Source of the DNA: an uncultured Bacilli bacterium
GTDB lineage: Bacteria > Bacillota_I > Bacilli_A > RF39 > UBA660
Assembly: GCA_910578855.1 (NCBI GenBank)
Contig: CAJTRV010000005.1
Coordinates: 788 to 64,787, forward strand
Direction of reading: 5' to 3'
DNA length: 64,000 bases
Each line of letters begins with the position of its first letter. The stretch's first letter is position 1. The notes beneath the pieces were generated by a model. It did no database searches, was not told the DNA's origin, and saw nothing but the letters and a program-made list of their open reading frames with translations. Made by a program: the position numbers and the translations under genes. Shown here in pieces: positions 19,140 to 28,546 of this stretch.

Positions 19140-19216
19140 TGGCGTCCTTGGGCAGATTCGAACTGCCGACTTCTCGCTTAGGAGGCAAGTACTCTATCCA
19201 TCTGAGTTACAAGGAC
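19140..19216 (-). tRNA. tRNA-Arg (anticodon CCU)
   Basis: Minus-strand read GTCCTTG-TA-ACTC-AGATGGATA-GAGT-A-CTTGC-CTCCTAA-GCGAG-AAGTC-GGCAG-TTCGAAT-CTGCC-CAAGGAC-G-CCA. Canonical cloverleaf with TTCGAAT T-loop. Confidence 0.85.
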
Positions 19217-19254
19217 ATTATACCTTTATTTTAAAAGGCTCTAGCAATTTTTTA

Positions 19255-19310
19255 GTCCCTTGCCCCCTTACTTAGGAGGGGATTGCATTATCCGGTTATG
19301 CTACAGGGAC
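19255..19310 (-). ncRNA. tRNA-like remnant / T-arm-less partial copy of tRNA-Arg(CCU)
   Basis: Minus strand GTCCCTG TA GCAT AACCGGATA ATGC A ATCCCC TCCTAAG TAAGGGGG CAAGGGAC shares the 5' acceptor GTCC(C/T)TGTA, anticodon-loop CCTCCTAAG, and 3' acceptor CAAGG(G)AC with the adjacent tRNA-Arg. It has no T-arm. Confidence 0.4.
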
Positions 19311-19340
19311 AGGATAAATACATTATCAGTATAACATATT

Positions 19341-21041
19341 TTATCCCTTTTTTATACAAAATATCTTTTTTTTATTGAAATTACCAATGCTACGATACAT
19401 TCGTCCAACTTTGATAAGAAAGTAAATGCTACCACTAATAATCACAAGAAGTCTTATGACGCGGAGAAATAAATACATCCCCGTTCCTTGATACCGTAGT
19501 GTATAAATTCCCTCATGCATAATTGTTGTCTCCAAATAGCCCGATGTACTCATGGTAAGGGGATAATGGTTGCCCTCCTCATCCGTTAATAAATATCCCT
19601 TATAATATAGCTTCGGTAATTCGATTGTCACATGACCTAGGGTATCTTGAATAGTAAACTGTAACTGATCCCCATGATTCTGTAGCACTTCAGCCGTTGC
19701 TGTTCCGGCTAACACGATGATATGCTTTTCACGAGTCATGTAATTCGTTTGGGCTAAAACTGGCAAATACTCGGTTTGATGACCAAGGGCCTGATTCGCA
19801 TTGCCTGGTAGATAATAACGATCCAAGTGATAACGTCGCCCCTGAATTCCCGTAAATAGTGAAAGATTAAGAACCAATGATAAAATGATTATGGTAGGAA
19901 CAAGCCATGGAAGATGGTGATTTCTTGTCCCATACAAAAGACAACATGGCGCTAAAACAGCAATGGGTAAGATGGCAATTGTCATAAGTCGCCACGGAAA
20001 TTGAATCATCCAAGTTACTTTGGGCATAAGGTGCCATGGGAAGATAGAACTTGTCATCCATAAAGTAAGAATAGTTAGACAGTAAAAATAGCAAAGATGT
20101 TGGTGTTCCTTTCGATGGCGATATAAATAGTAAGTTGAACAAAGAAATAAAATGATGGTAGTCATCGGAATAAAATAAGCAACCACCCAATCATAGTTCG
20201 CATTCTTAGCGATAAAATGAAATAACGGAATGGTCTCAGCTTCAACCAAGCCAAGGGATGTCATCACATGATCTTGAAATACCAGATATGCTCCTGTAAG
20301 ACGATGTTCCAACAGTAAGATCAGATCTGGTAGTACGAGAATGCTTACCACTAAAATTGCGATGATAAGGGGTTTTAAACACGTAATTTGAAAAACCTGT
20401 TTCCGATAAATGATAAGTGCTGGTAGTAATAATAATGATAGGAACATACTTAAGACCAAATGTGAAAATAATAATCCCACATATCCAATAATAAAGAATA
20501 GATAAAAGGCCCGATGATCATGCTTTAATAATTGTAGTAATCCAAGAATGACCATCGGAAAAAATAAGAAAACAAAGTTCTCATTAAGAGAAAATCGCGT
20601 AAAAAAGTTACTCCATAAATATGGCATGGTACTATAGAGAAACGCGGAACAAAACGCAATTCTTTTTTCTGGTTGGATTTCTAATGAGATAAAATATACA
20701 AGAATACTGGACCCAAACATAATCATCGTATATAATCCATAAAGACTTATGATACTAGGTAAATCAAACCATGCAATGATCTTATAAAGAAAAGCACCTA
20801 GTAAATGGGGAAGCATCGGATAAAAGATACCGATTCCATAACCTAAGTCATTCGCAATCTCTGGAATAATATGAAACCCCTGTTTCCATAAATCCCATGA
20901 TAGATATTTGGCTAAAACCTCAATGTTGGATAAGTGATAACTGATATCATGTCCATAAAGTGGTTTTGATAAAAACATTGGTAGTAATAATAACATTGTC
21001 ATAGCAAATAATAACAAGATCCATTTTTTATGTTCTTTCAT
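19341..21041 (-). CDS. large polytopic membrane protein with C-terminal extracytoplasmic domain (YfhO/ArnT-like candidate)
   Basis: Over 12 predicted TM helices then a soluble C-terminal region. Start moved to ATG 21041 (RBS AGGTGAGG). The ORF-track start is TTG. Confidence 0.55.
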   Translation of the reverse strand: MKEHKKWILLLFAMTMLLLLPMFLSKPLYGHDISYHLSNIEVLAKYLSWDLWKQGFHIIPEIANDLGYGIGIFYPMLPHLLGAFLYKIIAWFDLPSIISLYGLYTMIMFGSSILVYFISLEIQPEKRIAFCSAFLYSTMPYLWSNFFTRFSLNENFVFLFFPMVILGLLQLLKHDHRAFYLFFIIGYVGLLFSHLVLSMFLSLLLLPALIIYRKQVFQITCLKPLIIAILVVSILVLPDLILLLEHRLTGAYLVFQDHVMTSLGLVEAETIPLFHFIAKNANYDWVVAYFIPMTTIILFLCSTYYLYRHRKEHQHLCYFYCLTILTLWMTSSIFPWHLMPKVTWMIQFPWRLMTIAILPIAVLAPCCLLYGTRNHHLPWLVPTIIILSLVLNLSLFTGIQGRRYHLDRYYLPGNANQALGHQTEYLPVLAQTNYMTREKHIIVLAGTATAEVLQNHGDQLQFTIQDTLGHVTIELPKLYYKGYLLTDEEGNHYPLTMSTSGYLETTIMHEGIYTLRYQGTGMYLFLRVIRLLVIISGSIYFLIKVGRMYRSIGNFNKKKIFCIKKG

Positions 21042-21115
21042 AACCTCACCTATTTCTATCAATATCGTAACAAATTTTGACAAAAAGAAAAAGACTATTT
21101 TGTAAAATATAGCCT

Positions 21116-21619
21116 TTATTTCAACGAATTAAATAGAAAGATTAAGTATAAATTGGCAGCATAGCTCAATTTATAACCAAATTTTTTCGAAAATTCATAA
21201 CCTCCAACTGCTTTATCGACAAAATTAACAACCCAGCTTTCCGCATATTTTGGAACAGACATGTTCACTGGGAACATATGAGTTCTAATAATATCCGCTT
21301 CTCGTTCGTTAATTCCAAATATCTGATTCGCATGCTTTTCCGCTTTCTTTGGATGGACAAACGTCGATAAGAAACGATCTTTGATTGTTCGCTCATCATC
21401 ACTTAAGAAAAAGTCATGAAGTAACCCTGCCCTTGCAACATCGTAATAATCCAATTTTAATGCTTTCGCGATTTTATATGAGTAATATGATACTTTGACA
21501 GAATGATCAAAACGGCTAATCCCATGATGCTCAATTGTCTTAATCTTATTAAATTCTTCATTATCCAAAATATGACCAACGATCTTGGTGTATTCGTTAT
21601 CATTTTGCATTTGACTCAT
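21116..21619 (-). CDS. HD-domain phosphohydrolase
   Basis: H..HH...FDHSVKV ... GLLHD motif. Confidence 0.75.
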   Translation of the reverse strand: MSQMQNDNEYTKIVGHILDNEEFNKIKTIEHHGISRFDHSVKVSYYSYKIAKALKLDYYDVARAGLLHDFFLSDDERTIKDRFLSTFVHPKKAEKHANQIFGINEREADIIRTHMFPVNMSVPKYAESWVVNFVDKAVGGYEFSKKFGYKLSYAANLYLIFLFNSLK

Positions 21620-21699
21620 GTTTTGTCACCTCGACACTAATACATTATATCATATTTTTAGAATTTATATCATTATTTTTGCATATTTTTACATTTTTT

Positions 21700-22737
21700 T
21701 TATTCTTGGATGGTTGTTTCCTGGGTGATTGGCTGGATATGAATGGCAGTATTCCCATCATTTACCTTAAGTTCAGATCCATCCATCTTGGTGTAGGTTG
21801 TTTCTTTAGATCGACTATTTTTGTGCCACTGAATTGGAATCGCATATCCACTAGTAATAAAGTATCCATCTCCTGTACCAATATTTTCTAAGTCTTGACG
21901 GCCATAACTATCAAAAGAATAATTAGGAATTTTTAAAATTAAGATATTTTTTACATGGTATTGCTTCTTTGTTTTATAATCAGTATGAGCTTCATCATTC
22001 ATACTACGGTAATAACGTTGTTCTTCCTCTTTATATTGATAACTAGTAGTATGATAATAAGAATATGGGATCACAACCTGATTGGCAACCAAGTGATTTT
22101 CATCCGTCTCAAGATGTACTGGTTTCACACTATATGGTAGTAGTAATGGTGTATCCGTTTTCAATGCGTATGATTTGGCTTCTGCACTCGCCTTTAATTT
22201 TTCAATACTCGTATAAACATTATGAGGGGCATAAAAATTTTGATCACGCCAATAGGCATCAGAAGCGTTGGTAATTCCATTTAAATTATTAATATCTAAA
22301 CTACTGATGTCATTCTTAGCCCGGTCACTCCAACCATAATGCGCATAGATCGCATCATTCTCTAGTGCATAATCCAAAAAGTAATGGCGAGAACTTCGAA
22401 CAGGCCCAATTAAATCCGTATTGACATCTTTAAATAATGCCATTAGTCTGGTAATTCCACCTTCGGTAATCGCCTCATATGTAATATATGCGTCTTGTAA
22501 ACCAATGTGATTTCCCCTCGCTGCGTCACTATTATCAATCATGACAGCGATTGACCGCCTTTTACTATTCTCATCGACTATTTTTAATGTCGGTTGAATC
22601 TTGGTTACTTTTTTGAGTTCATCTTGCACATCTTGATTCAGATAAAGGTAACTTCCCCCACCGATAAGTATTGCCAAAACCACTAGTAGCAAACCTGTTT
22701 TTTTTCTATTTTTTCGTTTCTTTCTTCTCTTTGCCAT
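21700..22737 (-). CDS. DUF3048 (YerB-like) secreted/lipoprotein
   Basis: Basic N-terminus plus TM. Motif RRSIAVMIDNSDAARGNHIGLQDAYITYEAITEGGITRLMALF typical of the DUF3048 N-domain. Confidence 0.55.
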   Translation of the reverse strand: MAKRRKKRKNRKKTGLLLVVLAILIGGGSYLYLNQDVQDELKKVTKIQPTLKIVDENSKRRSIAVMIDNSDAARGNHIGLQDAYITYEAITEGGITRLMALFKDVNTDLIGPVRSSRHYFLDYALENDAIYAHYGWSDRAKNDISSLDINNLNGITNASDAYWRDQNFYAPHNVYTSIEKLKASAEAKSYALKTDTPLLLPYSVKPVHLETDENHLVANQVVIPYSYYHTTSYQYKEEEQRYYRSMNDEAHTDYKTKKQYHVKNILILKIPNYSFDSYGRQDLENIGTGDGYFITSGYAIPIQWHKNSRSKETTYTKMDGSELKVNDGNTAIHIQPITQETTIQE

Positions 22738-22901
22738 AATATCACCTTATAACTATATTATACCAATCCTTAGAAACAATTACAAAAAAGAATCAACAAA
22801 TATTGTCTAGGGATTGTCAAGAATAACTATCATAGCTTTTTTATTAATATTGGAAAATATAAAAAAATATGATATACTAGCACCCAGAAAGCGAGGATTT
22901 T

Positions 22902-23912
22902 ATGTCAAATACCCAAAAAAACAAAGATTATGAAGAAAGAAAATTAATTAAGGAGATTCAAGAACATCATGACCAAGAAGCACTTGAAACGATCCTCTCT
23001 CGCTATCAAGAATTTGTTTATTCCTATATCAATCACCATGTAGATAAGAAAGCATTAACCTATATCCAAGCGGATGATTTGGTACAAGAAGGAATGTTAG
23101 GGCTTCAAAATGCTATCTTGCAATTTGATCTTACGAAAAATAGTAAATTTTGTACGATTGCTCGTAAATACATCAAAGCACAAATTACCCAATTGATCCA
23201 GCAAAATGAACTGACCATACAACCATCAATGATTGATGAGAAAGACGTACTAACCCAAGCAAGTGAAGAAAATATTTCTAAAACAGTGCAACAAACATTT
23301 GACTTTCAATTAATACAACTGGCATTAAAACGAATATTAACTGCTCGAGAATATTATATACTTTATCATCGTTACTATGCACCTGTAACAAAGACTCCAA
23401 AAGAACTGAGTCAAATATTAGATACCTCCCAACAAAATATCGCATCTATTCAAAAGAATGGTTTAAATAAAATAAGACAATTATGGCCAAACAGTGAGTT
23501 AGAAATTACCGAACTCTTAGCGAGTGCTGGCATCACTCAATATGAGATCGAACACCTCGATCAGCTTCGCCTTGTCCCATTAGAACCAGAAACAATTTAT
23601 GCGTTTGCTAAATTAAAGGGATTCTTAACACGAGAAGAGTATGATGCATTCTATCTTGCTAATATCTATGAGTTTCATCTTTCACATCTTGAAATGGCCG
23701 AATTACTAGGATTATCACTTGGGGAACTAGAGGAAATCTATCAAACTATTGCCGAGCAAGTAACGAAAACAGATGATTCTGATGATGTTATAATAACATT
23801 CAATGGGCGTATTAGTAGCGTTGAGATCCAACCCGCAAATATGGACTCTGCTTGGCGATGGTTACAACGAAATACAATGCAATCAGTAAAAGATAATCAA
23901 AAAACGAAATAA
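22902..23912 (+). CDS. sigma-70 family RNA polymerase sigma factor with about 130-aa C-terminal extension
   Basis: Region 2 DLVQEGMLGLQNAI. Region 4 HTH TPKELSQILDTSQQNIASIQKNGLNKIRQL. Second region-4-like segment LSHLEMAELLGLSLGELEEIYQTIAEQ. Confidence 0.75.
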   Translation: MSNTQKNKDYEERKLIKEIQEHHDQEALETILSRYQEFVYSYINHHVDKKALTYIQADDLVQEGMLGLQNAILQFDLTKNSKFCTIARKYIKAQITQLIQQNELTIQPSMIDEKDVLTQASEENISKTVQQTFDFQLIQLALKRILTAREYYILYHRYYAPVTKTPKELSQILDTSQQNIASIQKNGLNKIRQLWPNSELEITELLASAGITQYEIEHLDQLRLVPLEPETIYAFAKLKGFLTREEYDAFYLANIYEFHLSHLEMAELLGLSLGELEEIYQTIAEQVTKTDDSDDVIITFNGRISSVEIQPANMDSAWRWLQRNTMQSVKDNQKTK

Positions 23913-23917
23913 GATCA

Positions 23918-23956
23918 AAAAAGAAATGTAGCAAGCTCGTTACATTTCTTTTTCTA
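23918..23956. terminator. bidirectional terminator between sigma gene(+) and proS(-)
   Basis: AAGAAATGTA-gcaagctcgt-TACATTTCTT 10-bp stem flanked by A/T runs. Confidence 0.55.
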
Positions 23957-23958
23957 TT

Positions 23959-25392
23959 TTAATATTGAATTCCCCAGATTACTAATTGTTTGGCTTCTTT
24001 GCCACAGCACACACAAGTATCACTTACTTGTTCTTGTTCAAAAGGGATACAGCGTGACTTCGTTCCGCGAATTTCTTTCATTTTTAATTCACAAGCTTCC
24101 TCGCCACACCACATTGCTTTAATAAAGCCCGGCTTAGTCTCCATCACTTCTTTTACATCTGTAAGCGTTTTACAAATATGCGTATTCTCGATATTTCGTT
24201 TAAGTGCTCTCTCATACATATCATGATGCATTTGATCTAATAAATCCGTTATAGTTGCTGGAATATCAACTGCTAGGGAAACAGTCTGCTTCGTATAATT
24301 ATCTCGTCTAGAGATCACCATTTGATTATTCTCTAAATCACGAGGCCCAATTTCAATTCGAAGCGGAACCCCATTCATCTCATGCTCGGCAAATTTAAAC
24401 CCTGGTGATTTTTCAGTTCTATCGACCATGACACGAATTCCAGATTCTTTTAACATTTCCGCAATTGCAGAAGCTTTTTCCAGTACAGCGGTCTCTTGCC
24501 CAATTGGAATCACAACAACCTGGGTAGGAGCAATCCGTGGAGGCAGAACTAGACCATTGTCATCACTATGAACCATGATAATTCCCCCGATCAAACGGGT
24601 TGTTGTTCCCCAAGAAGTCTGGTAAGCATATTCTTCCCGATTCTCACGGTTAACAAAGGTAACATCAAAGGGAATGGTAAACTTTTGACCAAAATAATGA
24701 GAAGTTGCCGATTGTAGTGATACCCCATTATACATCAAAGCCTCTAAGGTTAAAGTATATTCTGCTCCAGCAAATTTTTCTTTTTCTGTTTTCTGTCCAC
24801 ATACAACAGGAATCGCTAGATAGTCTTCAAAAAGACTTCGATACACTTCAAGCATCTGCTTTGTCTCTGCTTCAGCCTCAGCGGCCGTCTCATGAATCGT
24901 ATGACCCTCTTGCCATAGAAACTCTCGTGTTCGTAAGAAAGGACGTGTCTCTTTTTCCCATCGCACTACATTACACCACTGATTATATAACTTTGGTAAA
25001 TCACGGTAAGAAGTCACATTTTTAGAATAATATTCACAAAATAGTGTCTCACTTGTTGGCCGAATACAGAGTCGCTCTTCTAACTCTTTACTTCCACCAT
25101 GTGTTACCCAAGCAACCTCAGGGGCAAATCCTTCGATATGTTCTTTTTCTTTTAATAAAAGGGACTCTGGAATTAATAATGGCATCGAAACATTTTGATG
25201 TCCCAATTCTTTGAATTTACGATCTAAAATCGCCTGAATATTCTCCCAAATCGCATACCCTGTTGGCTCAATAATCATACAGCCTTTGACTGCAGAATAG
25301 CTTGCTAAATGGGCATTTCGAACGATATCAGTATACCATTTCGCAAAATCCACTTCTCTACTTGTAATCGCTTTGTTTTTCTTCATTCCCAT
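23959..25392 (-). CDS. proS: proline--tRNA ligase (archaeal/eukaryotic-type class II ProRS with C-terminal zinc-binding domain)
   Basis: 477 aa, class II aaRS motifs, C-terminal CIPF...[15 protein letters not shown]. Preceded by a T-box leader. Confidence 0.9.
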   Translation of the reverse strand: MGMKKNKAITSREVDFAKWYTDIVRNAHLASYSAVKGCMIIEPTGYAIWENIQAILDRKFKELGHQNVSMPLLIPESLLLKEKEHIEGFAPEVAWVTHGGSKELEERLCIRPTSETLFCEYYSKNVTSYRDLPKLYNQWCNVVRWEKETRPFLRTREFLWQEGHTIHETAAEAEAETKQMLEVYRSLFEDYLAIPVVCGQKTEKEKFAGAEYTLTLEALMYNGVSLQSATSHYFGQKFTIPFDVTFVNRENREEYAYQTSWGTTTRLIGGIIMVHSDDNGLVLPPRIAPTQVVVIPIGQETAVLEKASAIAEMLKESGIRVMVDRTEKSPGFKFAEHEMNGVPLRIEIGPRDLENNQMVISRRDNYTKQTVSLAVDIPATITDLLDQMHHDMYERALKRNIENTHICKTLTDVKEVMETKPGFIKAMWCGEEACELKMKEIRGTKSRCIPFEQEQVSDTCVCCGKEAKQLVIWGIQY

Positions 25393-25409
25393 ACATTTTT
25401 TCTCCTTTT

Positions 25410-25652
25410 CCTAAACAAAAAATAGGCCTGGCTACAGGAGTGCCAAGGGCACGGTACCATCCTATTTATACTCTTTTTTGATAACGGAATAACCGGAAAT
25501 GTTTACATTTCACTCCGAGGTAGGAATCGAATAATATTATGATCTAGCTTCCACTATCCTAGACTCCCTATCCATAAGTGATTATTCCATTATGTCCTCT
25601 TCAACATATTCATCAATATTATCATTCTATCACAGTTAAACTATAATTTCAA
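25410..25652 (-). promoter_or_regulatory. proS promoter (TTGAAA-17-TAGAAT) plus T-box riboswitch leader with terminator
   Basis: On the minus strand, -35 TTGAAA (25647-52) and -10 TAGAAT (25624-29). Stem I has K-turn-like UGAUGA. T-box sequence AATAGGATGGTACCGTG (consensus AAUUAGGGUGGUACCGCG). Terminator CCTTGGC-actcctgta-GCCAGG followed by TATTTTTT. Confidence 0.7.
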
Positions 25653-25704
25653 TATTATCATATGTATTTTTCCTTTAAAAAGTATATCATCTTTTACTAT
25701 TTAT

Positions 25705-27669
25705 TTAAAATTTAATATACTGACCCGTATCATACATCGTTCCATTTACTTCAAGATAAATGGAATAAGCCCCACTTAATCCTTCTGCATTCACATATTT
25801 GGTTACCATAATCCCGTTTTCATCTTCCTCTTCACTAAAGACATCGACACAAAGAGCGGTATATGGTTTTTTACTAATTTTCATCTGATATATATAAGAA
25901 CGAAAGTTTTGATACAACATAATATTTACTTGATCCGTTTTTTTAAACTTTCCCGTTACTACCAAACGATCAATCTCTTTGGTAATCTTTAATTGGTGTT
26001 GATCTGCTATCGCACTTGTTTTTTTCTTAGACATCACCCAACCATATTTGGTTTTCGTTACTGGCGTCTTTCCTAACGTTCCAAGTCGTCTAGCTTTCCC
26101 TAGGTGAAAATCCTCTGTTTCCGGATATACACCCATTTTTTCAACCCGGTAATTGTTTGTTGGTAGTTTCAATTCAAAGATCACTTCACCTTCTAATAAT
26201 TCCACCGTATCAGATACTAAAGTCGCATTCTTACTAAAGCCTGCTGGTTGGTTGGAATTTTTTCCATCAACATAAACAATTCCCCCAGAATGAACAATAT
26301 AATGGTTTTGATCTAAGTAATCAACATCAGAAATATAAGGAGAATAAAATTCACTACCTCGGTCTTTCCCATACTCCCATACTTGTTCAATCGTCATCTG
26401 CTTTGGATCAATTCGATACATGACCCCTCTAGTATAACTATCACTCGCTTTGACGTACTGGTCTTTTTCTTTCGACTTATTATTTCCATTGTCTAACAGG
26501 AAGACATATCCTTCAGGCGTGATCATGGCCGCGTGCTGACTCCATTGCCATTCAAAATCATCTCCAACTGGTTGAAAGAAATATTTTTGGTATTCATCGC
26601 TCCAATTGGTCGGATCACCAATGATCCAGTTTAATGTCCCCGTTTGATAATCGAGATTAATCACCGCATCTTGGTGACGCCCAGACAAAGTAATCGAATT
26701 GGTTTTTTCATCGTACCATACGGCGTTATTATGAAACCAATCATATTCAGTCCAGTTCTCACTTTTTCCATCTTCAGTATTTAAAATATCTTTTAAATCA
26801 AAGGTTTTTACAACCTTACCAGTTTTGCGATCAAGTTCAACAATATAATCTTCAACCGTCCCATTGCTACTTGTAAAATCATCACTAGCGACTAACAAGT
26901 TGCCATTTGGCATCTCAAAATAGTCATGATGATATCCACCAGGCAAGCTATATTCAGTATAGATTTTTCCGAGCATATCAATTTCATATAATCCCGTCAT
27001 ATAATATGGCGTATTGATCAAGCGATCAGTACTGACCAGCATATGACCATTTTGTAAACGATCAATCTTCCAAAGAGCATAGTTAGTCAAATACCAACGA
27101 ATATCACCATTACTATCATAACTACAAGTATAGCCCATACTAGATGGGGTAAAAAAGTATAAATCATTGGTTAGCTTATCTTTATCCGCATATACCTCGG
27201 TTGGTAAAGCCACATCGTCTGGTAATGCTTCAGTTTGAATCAACAGTGTTTTTTCTTTCATTGTTCCTGCTGATTCATATTCGATTATCACTTTATTTTC
27301 TTGACCTGCATAAAGACCATAAATCGGCAAATAATGTTTCTTATTCTTTTTAAATGTATTATGAAACGTACTTTGTTCATCTTTTCCCTGAATGGTAACT
27401 CTAGGTGTAACAGCCTCTTCCGTCGTAAAGATCACTAAAGCTGTCAATGGGGCATTCCCATAAGGATTAACAATCACCTCAGGTTCATCAAAAGTTGCGG
27501 TAACACCGCTATAGTGTTTCTCCCGTTCTTGTTGTTGTATGATTATATCATCTTGGAGTACAAGTTCTTTTTGATTCATGTTTCTTTTATGATAAATCAA
27601 ACTAATACTTATTATTGACAAAATTAGTGCTCCTATCACACCACCAATCATTATCGATTTTTGTTTCAT
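25705..27669 (-). CDS. arylsulfotransferase (ASST)-family beta-propeller protein, membrane anchored
   Basis: N-terminal TM anchor, 654 aa. His-rich motifs GGYHHDYFEMPNGNLLV and WSQHAAMITPEGY resemble the ASST family. Assignment from memory, moderate. Confidence 0.45.
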   Translation of the reverse strand: MKQKSIMIGGVIGALILSIISISLIYHKRNMNQKELVLQDDIIIQQQEREKHYSGVTATFDEPEVIVNPYGNAPLTALVIFTTEEAVTPRVTIQGKDEQSTFHNTFKKNKKHYLPIYGLYAGQENKVIIEYESAGTMKEKTLLIQTEALPDDVALPTEVYADKDKLTNDLYFFTPSSMGYTCSYDSNGDIRWYLTNYALWKIDRLQNGHMLVSTDRLINTPYYMTGLYEIDMLGKIYTEYSLPGGYHHDYFEMPNGNLLVASDDFTSSNGTVEDYIVELDRKTGKVVKTFDLKDILNTEDGKSENWTEYDWFHNNAVWYDEKTNSITLSGRHQDAVINLDYQTGTLNWIIGDPTNWSDEYQKYFFQPVGDDFEWQWSQHAAMITPEGYVFLLDNGNNKSKEKDQYVKASDSYTRGVMYRIDPKQMTIEQVWEYGKDRGSEFYSPYISDVDYLDQNHYIVHSGGIVYVDGKNSNQPAGFSKNATLVSDTVELLEGEVIFELKLPTNNYRVEKMGVYPETEDFHLGKARRLGTLGKTPVTKTKYGWVMSKKKTSAIADQHQLKITKEIDRLVVTGKFKKTDQVNIMLYQNFRSYIYQMKISKKPYTALCVDVFSEEEDENGIMVTKYVNAEGLSGAYSIYLEVNGTMYDTGQYIKF

Positions 27670-27759
27670 TTTATTTCCTCCTTTTCCCTTTTTATGTTAC
27701 CGAACTCGTTCAAGAAAGGCAATCACGCGGAGGTTGAAAAAACTCAACCACTGGTTGAG

Positions 27760-28455
27760 TTAGTTATTACAAGCACTTAAGGATAACGGTATTTGATAGG
27801 TTGTCACTTTGTTATTCGAATCAGTAGCCTTTATTTCTAAGTAAAGACTATCTTCTGAATAAGTTGAACATTGATTAGAAAAATTATCAAGATGAAATGT
27901 TATATTGGTTAAAAATTGTGATAATGTTGTCTTCTTCTGAGTATGCTCAACTTGTCCAAGTGCAGTAATGGTATTACCTTGTTTTTCATAGAGTGTACAC
28001 ACTATATCATCGTAAGCCGTATGATCTTTTTCTCCACACTGTTCAATATTCGATAGATAGAGATTAGATTTCTGCCGATTATAAGCCAAACTACCCGATA
28101 TTTTGAATGTATCACAGTTCGCAGAAACCGTTTTAAATTCAAAGTTATTGTCTTGAAACAAGGTTATTCCAAGTAGACATAGTAATATCATGATAATAAT
28201 GACTAATAATCCCCGTAATCGTTTTAAGTTTTTTTGCTTTCGCGGAATAATTTGCCCTTCTAATACTTCTTCCAACTGAATATCAAAATCTTCACAGATC
28301 TGTTTTAATAAAGCGATATCAGGCATATTCTTTCCCGTTTCCCATTTTGAAACCGCCTGATAGGTAACATGATATTTTTCGGCAAAAGCCGCCTGTGTAA
28401 GATGATGCTTACGGCGTAATTCCCGAATTCGTTGCCCAATTGTTTCCTGATCCAT
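27760..28455 (-). CDS. membrane-anchored XRE-family HTH regulator with Cys-containing extracytoplasmic domain
   Basis: HTH LTQAAFAEKYHVTYQAVSKWETGKNMP. Single TM LRGLLVIIIMILLCLLGITLF. C-terminal domain has 4 Cys. Terminator hairpin AACTCAACCA-c-TGGTTGAGTT at 27732-27755. Confidence 0.7.
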   Translation of the reverse strand: MDQETIGQRIRELRRKHHLTQAAFAEKYHVTYQAVSKWETGKNMPDIALLKQICEDFDIQLEEVLEGQIIPRKQKNLKRLRGLLVIIIMILLCLLGITLFQDNNFEFKTVSANCDTFKISGSLAYNRQKSNLYLSNIEQCGEKDHTAYDDIVCTLYEKQGNTITALGQVEHTQKKTTLSQFLTNITFHLDNFSNQCSTYSEDSLYLEIKATDSNNKVTTYQIPLSLSACNN

Positions 28456-28546
28456 AACTCACATCCTTACATCTTCATCGATTATAACATGTTTCCCGTA
28501 ACATTCCAAGATTTATAAAAAATGTCTCAGGTTTAATAAATAGAGA

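Noticed and set aside
19867-20190. 107-aa minus ORF
   Set aside because: Alternative frame inside the polytopic membrane protein gene.
21679-22274. Plus ORFs 21679..21891, 21955..22140, 22065..22274
   Set aside because: Antisense to the DUF3048 gene.
23990-25025. Plus ORFs 23990..24226 and 24705..25025
   Set aside because: Antisense to proS.
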